Source: an uncultured cyanobacterium (lineage in GTDB: Bacteria > Cyanobacteriota > Cyanobacteriia > Cyanobacteriales > Nostocaceae). Taken from it: a DNA stretch of 64,000 bases. Position numbers and translations under genes: made by a program. The notes below the pieces were generated by a model. It ran no database searches. It was not told where the DNA came from and saw only the letters and a program-made list of their open reading frames with translations. Below, piece after piece: positions 10,118 to 18,200 of this stretch. Within the stretch, counting starts at the first letter, position 1; each line of letters opens with the position of its first letter. The DNA is taken from assembly GCA_963740315.1 (NCBI GenBank), contig CAVUDP010000002.1, positions 736,001-800,000 of the forward strand, given 5' to 3'.

Positions 10118-10843
10118 ATGAAATTAACAAACCCTCTTTATTACCCGATCGCTGTATTAGCTGGTGGTGTTGTTCTTGTCGCCGGTGTTCGTTTTGTTGG
10201 ATTACCTAATTTTGTTGCTTTACCAGCATCTGTAGCAGTAGCTGCGGGTGGTGCTGCTGTAATGAAATCAAGAGAACCTGATGCTCAAAAAATTGCTCAG
10301 CAGCAGATACAAAGGGAATTACAGTTATTGCAAAACTCGGCGAAAAGTTTGGCTGGAAAAGCAGAAACATTACGTCAAGAAGGCAATCAATTATTAAGTC
10401 GTGGTTCCTTTGAAATGGATTTATTAGTAGCGGTGCAAGAAGCTTGTCAAAGAACAATTGAACTACCAATAAAAATTGACGAATTAGGCAGAAGAATTCA
10501 CGGTGCTAACTCTTTATTATCAGTCAACGATTTACAACAGCAATTGCAAGAAGTAGAAACAAAACGTTCTTCTTCTTCTGGTATTGCACGTCAACATTTA
10601 GACCAGCTTACTAACAGTTTGCAACGCAATATTCAGCTAGCAAAAGATGGACAAAACGCCCGCACGGCACAAATTACCAGTCTCTATACTTTAATTCAAG
10701 ATTCTGCTGGAGTATTGCAACAAATACAAAATAAATTACGTACCGCCGATTTAACTGATGCTCGGCAAGTTAGTCAGTTACAAGCGTCTACAGATGAACT
10801 TACTAGTTTACAAGATAACTTTGCTTTTCTGGTTCGGAAATAG
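10118..10843 (+). CDS. Membrane-anchored coiled-coil protein (two N-terminal TM helices; XpaC-like architecture)
   Basis: Two hydrophobic segments followed by a Gln/Leu-rich heptad region; lies between two SBP genes. Confidence 0.7.
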   Translation: MKLTNPLYYPIAVLAGGVVLVAGVRFVGLPNFVALPASVAVAAGGAAVMKSREPDAQKIAQQQIQRELQLLQNSAKSLAGKAETLRQEGNQLLSRGSFEMDLLVAVQEACQRTIELPIKIDELGRRIHGANSLLSVNDLQQQLQEVETKRSSSSGIARQHLDQLTNSLQRNIQLAKDGQNARTAQITSLYTLIQDSAGVLQQIQNKLRTADLTDARQVSQLQASTDELTSLQDNFAFLVRK

Positions 10844-10952
10844 TCACATTTTATATATAATCTGGCGGTTGAAACCACTGCTACACAAGCAAAACCCACC
10901 TGCGTGGGTTATTAATTCTAGTTATTTCATTCAAATTTATCATAAAAAAAAC

Positions 10953-12071
10953 ATGAAAAAAACTAATTCTAAACTTCAAAATCGTGCTTTTACTTCTGCT
11001 GGTATTATTCTTGCTGCATTAGGTTTAGCTTATGCTCCTATTCCCGGATTGCAGCAAACTGTTGTTATTGTCAGCGGAACGGAATTACAAGCGCCGCTCG
11101 AACAATTAGAAACTAAGTTTGAGCAAGAAAACCCTAATATAAAAATAGAACTTAAATTTCAAGGTTCTCAAGATATTGTTAACAAGTTTATCGACCAGAA
11201 AAACGACTTTAATCCCACAATATTAATGCCAGCTTCTGGAGAATTACTTGATGAATTAAGCCAACGCTATCAAGCACAAAATAACAGCGAAGCTTTTTAT
11301 AACGAACCTCAACCTATTGCTAAAACCTTACTTGTCGCCATTGCTTGGTCGGAAAGAGGTAACGTTCTTTTCCCTAACAATAACTTTTCTTGGCAGCGAG
11401 TAGAACAAGCAATGCAAGCTAATAGTTGGCAAGCCGTGGGAGGTGAAAAAAACTGGGGAAGTTTTGATTTTGTAATTACAAATCCGACTCGTTCTAATAG
11501 CGCTCAAGCAACTTTAAGTTTGTGGGCAATGTCGAAACTGAATGCTAATAATCCGAATAATATAGATTACAATAACCCTGCCATTACATCCTTATTTAGT
11601 ACAGTTAAAAAATCAGTTTATCAACCACCGCGTTCAACAGACATTCTTTTACAAGAGTTTATCACTCGCGGCCCCAACGATGCCGACGTGGCAACAGTTT
11701 ATGAAAGTATCGCTCTTTCTCGCTGGCAGCAATCTGCAAAAAACCAAGGTAAACCCTATCAAATCTACTATTTAAATCCCACAGTCGAAACAGTTGCAAC
11801 CGCTGCGATCGTGCGTCAAAACGTCGATCGCACAACCGCAGACGCAGCCAAAAAATTTGTTGATTTCTTAACTCAACCAGAACAACAAAAAGTATTCGTA
11901 CAGTACGGTTTTCGTGCGACAAATAATAATATTGATTTGAAATCAGTTCCCAACAGCCCTTGGAGTCAGAACATTCCCGGCGCACAAATTAATCCATCAG
12001 CCAAAACATTACCAGCACCTAATCAAAAAGGAATTGGAGAAATTCAACGGTTGTGGCAACGAGTTAATTGA
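10953..12071 (+). CDS. Extracellular solute-binding protein (paralog of the SBP domain in 8215..9936)
   Basis: Start reassigned to MKKTNSK; the longer ORF overlaps the upstream gene and a repeat. Motifs SGTEL, GSQDI, PTRSNSA, VYESIA and QYGFR. Confidence 0.85.
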   Translation: MKKTNSKLQNRAFTSAGIILAALGLAYAPIPGLQQTVVIVSGTELQAPLEQLETKFEQENPNIKIELKFQGSQDIVNKFIDQKNDFNPTILMPASGELLDELSQRYQAQNNSEAFYNEPQPIAKTLLVAIAWSERGNVLFPNNNFSWQRVEQAMQANSWQAVGGEKNWGSFDFVITNPTRSNSAQATLSLWAMSKLNANNPNNIDYNNPAITSLFSTVKKSVYQPPRSTDILLQEFITRGPNDADVATVYESIALSRWQQSAKNQGKPYQIYYLNPTVETVATAAIVRQNVDRTTADAAKKFVDFLTQPEQQKVFVQYGFRATNNNIDLKSVPNSPWSQNIPGAQINPSAKTLPAPNQKGIGEIQRLWQRVN

Positions 12072-12083
12072 TTTGGGATTTTT

Positions 12084-12116
12084 GTAGGGTGCGTTACAGT
12101 ACGCGATCGCGCACCA
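12084..12116 (+). repeat. GTAG-type REP-like palindrome (GTAGGGTGCGTTA...CGCACC family)
   Basis: Related copies at 12576-12643, 30934-30998, 44353-44423 and 46785-46852. Confidence 0.7.
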
Positions 12117-12222
12117 TGATTCAAATTTTGGATTTCAGGTCACAATATAGCTATTGATGGTAAAGAATTTAAAGAATATACTAGAAATGGAATAGTTACA
12201 ATTTTTACATTAGAATATATCA

Positions 12223-12570
12223 ATGCCTACACAGAACTCTAAATTTCATACTATCAAAGATGGAGTTATTACTTTACACTCCAAGCATTTAGGCGATGTT
12301 GTTGAAGTCCATGTAAACAAAGATAAACGTCGTTTTTATGGTATTCGAGAAGACGGTACCAAGATAGAATACGGTCGCGATTATGGAAATGATTTTGCTC
12401 AACCCGTGATGCTGTATAAAATATTTTATTGTTTTAAAAATGATACTTGGAAAATGGAATATCAAACTAAAGATACCAAAGAAAATAAGTGGATAAATGG
12501 TTTTAAAACAGCTAGGGAAGCTTGGTTGTATAGAGAAACATTAATTGCTAACGGTATCGCCCAAAGGTAA
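12223..12570 (+). CDS. Hypothetical protein
   Basis: 115-aa ORF with ATG start filling an intergenic space; no recognised motif. Confidence 0.65.
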   Translation: MPTQNSKFHTIKDGVITLHSKHLGDVVEVHVNKDKRRFYGIREDGTKIEYGRDYGNDFAQPVMLYKIFYCFKNDTWKMEYQTKDTKENKWINGFKTAREAWLYRETLIANGIAQR

Positions 12571-12575
12571 AATAA

Positions 12576-12673
12576 TGGTGCGTTACGGCAATATTTAATT
12601 TGTAACTCAAACAAAGTTACTATTAGCCGTAACACATCCTATAAGAATAGACGTAGCAATGCTACGTCTCTAC
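12576..12673. repeat. Two adjacent REP-like palindromes (GGTGCGTTACGGC..GCCGTAACACATCCTA and AGACGTAGCAATGCTACGTCTCTAC)
   Basis: Inverted repeats read directly; further copies elsewhere in the window. Confidence 0.75.
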
Positions 12674-14049
12674 ACCGCTACAGGTGTATTCGCAACTTTC
12701 TTAATAGGCTTTGCAACCATTTTCATTCCTGCGGGTGTCGCTAAAGTTAAACCGCGACGCACGGGTTTGACGGCACGTTTATCGATTCTAGATACTTCAT
12801 ATTGCGATAAAATTTGAGCTAGAACCAGCTTCATTTCATACATTGCAAACGCTAATCCGATACAGCGACGATTTCCACCACCGAAAGGGAAAAATTCGTA
12901 GGGGCTAAATTGTCTTTCCAAAAATCTTTCTGGTTTAAACTGCTTGGATTGCGGGTAAACTTCTTCGCGATGGTGTGCCATATAAATACTAGGAATTATC
13001 CAGGTATCTTTGGGTAATTGATAACCGCCAACTTCAATAGGATTTAGTGCAATTCTAGGAAAACCATTGATAGCAATAGGATAGATACGCAGAGTTTCTT
13101 GACATACTGCTGTTAAATAAGGCAGTTTAGCAACTACGCCAGGTTCTGGATTTTCGCCCAAATCATTAAGTTCCTTGAGTAATTTTTCGCGTACTTCGGG
13201 TAAATAATCAACCCAGTAGAAAGCCCAAGTCAAAGCAGAAGCAGTAGTTTCATGTCCCGCAAATAGTAGCGTCATTAACTCATCGCGTAATTCTTCATCT
13301 GACATTGCTCCACCATCTTCATAACGTGCAGACATCATCAAACTCAAGATATCTTCGCGATTTTGATTTGATTCGGCGCGGCGATCCTCAATTAAAGCAT
13401 AAATCAAATCGTCAATCTGCTTCCGTAAGTGTAAAACCCTACCCCAGGGACTCCAACTACCCAAATCCTTCTGTAAAAAGCCAAAAAACAAGCTAGTAGA
13501 TAACAAAGGAGAACTTACAAAATCAAGTAGCGCAGAAATTTTTAAACGAAGTTGATCCAAACGCTTCCCTTCATCCAAACCAAAAACCGCGCTTAAAATT
13601 ACGCTCAAAGTAATTTCCTGCATCGACTCGCGGATATTGAAAGGCTTACCCGTCTGCCATTGATCGCTTACTTGCCGAGCAATTTCGCAGATAGTCATCC
13701 CATAAGCCCGCATTCTATCCCCATGAAAAGGAGGAGCCAACAACTTACGCTGACGCTGGTGGATCTCGCCATCTAGTAAAATCAAAGAATTATCGCCAAC
13801 CAAAAACTTCAAAATCCGGTTTCCCCTACCAGCTTCCAAAGTATTCGCATCAGCCGTAAAAATTTGTTCCATCGCTTGAGGATCGCTAAAGTAAACCGTA
13901 TTATTACCATCCTTAGTGGGAAGACTAAAGCGATCGCCATAAGCTTGAGCAAAATCCTCCAGGTATTCCAAAGGTTGAAACACAAACTTCATCCGCCGTA
14001 GAAGTATAGGCATTTCCGGGCTTGGTGGCAGATTGTAACTCGATGTCAT
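12670..14049 (-). CDS. Cytochrome P450 (CYP110-like)
   Basis: AGHETT I-helix, ETLR, PERF and heme motif FGGGNRRCIG. Confidence 0.95.
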   Translation of the reverse strand: MTSSYNLPPSPEMPILLRRMKFVFQPLEYLEDFAQAYGDRFSLPTKDGNNTVYFSDPQAMEQIFTADANTLEAGRGNRILKFLVGDNSLILLDGEIHQRQRKLLAPPFHGDRMRAYGMTICEIARQVSDQWQTGKPFNIRESMQEITLSVILSAVFGLDEGKRLDQLRLKISALLDFVSSPLLSTSLFFGFLQKDLGSWSPWGRVLHLRKQIDDLIYALIEDRRAESNQNREDILSLMMSARYEDGGAMSDEELRDELMTLLFAGHETTASALTWAFYWVDYLPEVREKLLKELNDLGENPEPGVVAKLPYLTAVCQETLRIYPIAINGFPRIALNPIEVGGYQLPKDTWIIPSIYMAHHREEVYPQSKQFKPERFLERQFSPYEFFPFGGGNRRCIGLAFAMYEMKLVLAQILSQYEVSRIDKRAVKPVRRGLTLATPAGMKMVAKPIKKVANTPVAV

Positions 14050-14139
14050 AATTATTTGAGGTTTTCAGATACATCCTTATATTGTGACGAAAAATTAGTT
14101 AGCAGTAATCAGTAACCACTTGTGGTAGGTTTGATAATT

Positions 14140-14194
14140 GTTTGTAGTAAGGACTTTAGTCCTAAATCCGAGGACTTTAGTCCTTACCACGAAC
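14140..14194. repeat. Cruciform dispersed repeat GTTYGTAGTAAG-hairpin-hairpin-CTTACTACRAAC
   Basis: Six copies: 14140-14194, 14840-14900, 20615-20668, 38278-38335, 46596-46651 and 50342-50426. Confidence 0.85.
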
Positions 14195-14504
14195 CTTAAT
14201 TAATTTCTTGAATTCTTTCCTCCGCGCTCTCTGCGTCTAGTAAGGTTTTTTAAATCAGCAATCATGTGAAAGGGACTATTTTCACACCGACATATACCTT
14301 AACCAATCACTACTTTTAGTCCGCAAAGTTGGAGTTAAAGCTGCACTTGCCGATTTAAAATCACAAACCGCTAGGGATTCAAAATCCCTAGCTAATAGCG
14401 AAAGTCCTCTAAAGAGGACTAAGGATTTACTTGTTTCAAAAAATAATATACCAAGACTTTTACCGTTAGTCCGTTTCAACGAACTTCAGCTATTAGACTG
14501 GGGT

Positions 14505-14831
14505 TTGCAACTCCAGGCGGGTAAGATGCTCGCGAAAAGTTTAAAATCCGAAAAATTCACCCTAAAAGCTTTTCCTTATCTTAAAGCTGGTTCGGGATTG
14601 ACTGCTGGAGTCGATGCTGGCTGTAGCATTTTTAAAGAAGAAGCAGGTTCGCTGTTCCACGATTGCGATACCACGGGTGGTTCTTCTGGAGGACCAATCT
14701 TAGCTCAAATCAAAGGAAAATATTATATTATCGCCCTTAATAATGCTGAAAGATTCGATGCTGATGGGGTAGCGATAGAAAACCGTGCGGTAAATGTTTC
14801 TTTCTTGAATCGGTTGTTTGGTAAAAGATAG
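14505..14831 (+). pseudogene. C-terminal fragment of a trypsin/V8-like serine protease
   Basis: HDCDTTGGSSGGPIL catalytic-Ser motif present. No His/Asp-bearing N-terminal half or signal peptide; the upstream sequence is palindromic repeat DNA. Confidence 0.7.
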
Positions 14832-15333
14832 TTCGAGCAAGGTTTGTAGTAAGGACTTCAGTCCTAAATCTGAGGGAACCAATGCCCTTACTACGAACCT
14901 AATAACTTTTTGAGCTATCAAAACTAAACCTTGATTGTGTAACATACAAATAACTAACTTAATCAAAACGTAATTGATATTACCGATCTAATAAAAAGCC
15001 TTTACAAAATAATCTTACTCGATCATCAAATATAGATATTCATTTGTATACTTAAGTGCTTGAAAACGCTTTCAAAAAACATTATTAAATTTACGGATGT
15101 TTTGTGGAAAAATGTTTATTAAGATATCAAAACCGTCTGCAAATATCCAGGATAAAATACTGATTTTTGCGATGATGTGACAACTTTTTAAACTGTACTA
15201 AGGGTTAACAAATTAGTTTTGATTGACTGTACGGTAATCGTAGCTACCCCAGTTTTTACGTGTAAAAGTTAATATCGGGAGTCAGTTATTCAGAGTTATC
15301 TACCGATGTAAATTCATCCAAATTAACTCAAAG

Positions 15334-17664
15334 ATGGATAGTAATCTTCAATCGTCGGTACAAAATAACGCTTTACCTCAATCTCCTACCAATAATTTAG
15401 ATGTTTCTGCTGCTACCTATCTAGGTGGTTCGGATGATGATTTTACCAATGCGGTGGATATTTCTGCTGATGGTAATTTCGTTATTGTAGGAGGTTCTTT
15501 AAAAAACACCAACCTGGGAGGAGAAGAGACTCAACTTCTTGGGGGTGGGAACGGAACAATTGTCCGTTATAATTCTCAAACCAATCAAGTTATATCTACA
15601 ACTCTTTTACCAGGAAAAATACTCGATTTAGAAGTCTCGAAGAATGGGGACATTGCTGTTGCTTACGAAGGTGGAATTGCCGTATTAAATGCTGATGCGA
15701 CAGCAGTTAAATGGAATAAATCTCTGAGCAATGTTTCTCGTATCGCTATCTCTGATGGTGGTAAAGTTGGTGTTGTAGAGGACATCGACGGTGGCGATCG
15801 GGCTTATCTATTCAGCAGCGACGGAGAAGAACTCAAGCAATGGAGTACAGATAATAGCAAACGTCACTTTCTTGATATAGCTGTTACCGACCAAGAGGAC
15901 GGTATGGTTATTGCCACCGGATACGATCAAAAAGATGGGAATTTGAAAGTTGCGTTTACTCAAGCATGGTCATATCAAGGAGAAGATAACTGGAAAAGCT
16001 ATGACTTTACTAATGCAGAAGTTAGCGCAGAAAGTTTGGGCGCTGATACGGAAGGAACCCATGTTGCGATCGGACGTGATGGACAGCTATATGCTGCATA
16101 CAAAGTCAACGGCGGTACGGGTTCTTCTATTTTTTCACGCGATCCTAATGATTTATCACAGAAGCTGACTGACGATCGCAAAATCGAAACAGATAAATAC
16201 AACACCCCTACCAACATCGGTTCAACAAAGATAACTTGGTACGGTCGTTACAATCTCAAAGATGGCGATTTAATTAAAGGTCAATCTTTATTAAGCCGTA
16301 ATAGTATTGATAGTAGTGGTAAAGGTAACTCCATCACCACCGAGTCAATAACAGCCACAGAAGACGGTACCGTAATTCTGGCTGGGCAGGCTGCATACAG
16401 GATTGCAAATCGAGATCAACAGACTATCGAAGGAAAACCCGTAAGTAAGTACGAAGATTTCAATTTCGACGGATACATTGCGGTTATCAGTCCAGATTTG
16501 ACACAAAGACTTTCATGGACACCAATTACAGATAGTAATGGTGCCGTAGCCGCAGTTCGCGATGGTAAAACAGCAGTTGTTACCACCACCGATTTTAAGG
16601 GAAGTCAAATTACTCACAACGCCATACAAAATAGTGCAGGTGGTAAAAACGACGGTTATCTATTGGTGATTGGTGGTTCGGATGTGTCTCCCGGATCTGT
16701 GAATGAGGGCGATCCTCCTACAGAAAACGAACCTCCAATAAATCCTGAAGATAATCCGGATACAGAAAGTGAACCTCCTACAAATTCTGGAGGTAATCCG
16801 GATACAGAAAGTGAACCTCCTACAAATCCTGGAGATAATCCGGATACAGAAAGTGAACCTCCTACAAATCCTGGAGATAATCCGGATACAGAAAATGAAC
16901 CTCCAATAAATCCTGGAGATAATCCGGATACAGAAAATGAACCTCCAATAAATCCTGGAGATAATCCGGATACAGAAAATGAAACTCCTGTAAATCCTGG
17001 AGATAATCCGGATACAGAAAATGAAACTCCTGTAAATCCTGGAGATAATCCGGATACAGAAAACGAAACTCCTGTAAATCCTGGAGATAATCCGGATACA
17101 CAAGATAATCCCCAACCCATACTCGAAGGTGGAAGCGAAAATCCTGATTCATTATTTCCAGCAGGATTAATAGACTTAACTAAAATCGACTCAAATACAG
17201 ACAATCGAGTTAACTTTTCCGGTATTGAATCAGAAGCAAGTTATGACAACTCCTTCGGATATTATGCGATCGCAAATATTAATGGTGCTGTAAAAGATAT
17301 TCTTACAGGTGAACTAATTAATCCCGAAGAAGAAGGTTATGCAAAAGCAGCTTTAAATGGGCGCGTAGAAAATTTAGAATTAAGACGCGATACAGGAAAC
17401 TTCACTTCGGAGTTAAGCGGAGGATTAATGCTAGTACCCTTTTTAATCGCCAACGGTACCGTAGAAGAATGGATGGAAGAAAACAGCAATAACGAAAGCG
17501 GAAACGATCCAATTGCTTACTTCAGCTTTCTTGGTGCTAACCCAGACAGTAAACAACATATCCGTCAAGTAGGAAACGAACTTCAATTTGAAGACTTATT
17601 TAACGGTGGCGACAACGATTTTAATGATTTAGTGGCTAAATTCGATCTACAAGCTGCGGTGTAA
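15334..17664 (+). CDS. Beta-propeller-like protein with a Pro/acidic 14-aa repeat linker and C-terminal DUF4114-type domain
   Basis: ATYLGGSDDD/SBBP-like start; 42-bp tandem repeats; C-terminal YFSFLGANPD...FEDLFNGGDNDFNDLV. Confidence 0.8.
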   Translation: MDSNLQSSVQNNALPQSPTNNLDVSAATYLGGSDDDFTNAVDISADGNFVIVGGSLKNTNLGGEETQLLGGGNGTIVRYNSQTNQVISTTLLPGKILDLEVSKNGDIAVAYEGGIAVLNADATAVKWNKSLSNVSRIAISDGGKVGVVEDIDGGDRAYLFSSDGEELKQWSTDNSKRHFLDIAVTDQEDGMVIATGYDQKDGNLKVAFTQAWSYQGEDNWKSYDFTNAEVSAESLGADTEGTHVAIGRDGQLYAAYKVNGGTGSSIFSRDPNDLSQKLTDDRKIETDKYNTPTNIGSTKITWYGRYNLKDGDLIKGQSLLSRNSIDSSGKGNSITTESITATEDGTVILAGQAAYRIANRDQQTIEGKPVSKYEDFNFDGYIAVISPDLTQRLSWTPITDSNGAVAAVRDGKTAVVTTTDFKGSQITHNAIQNSAGGKNDGYLLVIGGSDVSPGSVNEGDPPTENEPPINPEDNPDTESEPPTNSGGNPDTESEPPTNPGDNPDTESEPPTNPGDNPDTENEPPINPGDNPDTENEPPINPGDNPDTENETPVNPGDNPDTENETPVNPGDNPDTENETPVNPGDNPDTQDNPQPILEGGSENPDSLFPAGLIDLTKIDSNTDNRVNFSGIESEASYDNSFGYYAIANINGAVKDILTGELINPEEEGYAKAALNGRVENLELRRDTGNFTSELSGGLMLVPFLIANGTVEEWMEENSNNESGNDPIAYFSFLGANPDSKQHIRQVGNELQFEDLFNGGDNDFNDLVAKFDLQAAV
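16714..17110 (+). repeat. Coding tandem repeat, about 9 x 42 bp (PDTE(S/N)E(P/T)P(T/I/V)NPGDN)
   Basis: CCGGATACA recurs every 42 bp from 16756 to 17092. Confidence 0.95.
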
Positions 17665-17679
17665 TCAAACGAACCCTTT

Positions 17680-17720
17680 AGCCCCCATTGCCTGGGAATG
17701 GGGTTTCAAAACTTCTTTTC
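17680..17720 (+). terminator. Probable intrinsic terminator
   Basis: CCCCCATT-GCCTGGG-AATGGGG hairpin just after the stop codon, followed by a T-rich tract. Confidence 0.5.
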
Positions 17721-18200
17721 TATAAACCCACTTTCCCAAAATGAGGAACTTGATATTAACTGACTTCTTCACATAATTTAGAAGCAGAAAAAAAATAAAA
17801 ATTAATTTAGCTAGCAAGTAACTGCGCTTTCTTATTAAGTAATTAATATTACCGAACGAGAATAAGGGTATTCGGAAATAAGCTTACTTTGTCATCAAAA
17901 TTAGATATTTATTTGTATATTGCATTACTTACAAAAACTTTAAAAAATATTAGTTAGATTCACTGCGGTTCTGTAAAAAAAAGTATAATAAATTATCAAA
18001 AATATTCGTAAATAGCAAGCATAAAATACTGATTTTTGTACTGATGTGGCAACTTTCCAAACTGTACTAAGGGCTGACATATCGGTTCTGATTAACTGTA
18101 CGTTGTTCGTATATACCCCAGTAATCAAGTATAAATTTGCAGTTGGGAGTTAGTTATTCAGAGTTATCTACCGATGGAAGTTCATTAATATTGAGTGAAA

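Noticed and set aside
10758..10952. N-terminal extension of the second SBP
   Set aside because: Overlaps the upstream gene and an intergenic palindrome; the ATG at 10953 gives a normal signal/anchor.
14282..14479. 65-aa minus-strand ORF
   Set aside because: Lies over palindromic repeat DNA; no protein-like features.
15150..15320. c-di-GMP-I riboswitch in the duplicated leader
   Set aside because: Only a TACCGATG tail resembles it; the GGCAAA / GAAA / GACGCAAA core is absent.
16714..17110. Possible CRISPR array
   Set aside because: Units are contiguous 42-bp in-frame coding repeats without unique spacers, and there are no cas genes in the window.
16656..17204. Three minus-strand repetitive ORFs
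   Set aside because: Shadows of the plus-strand coding repeat.
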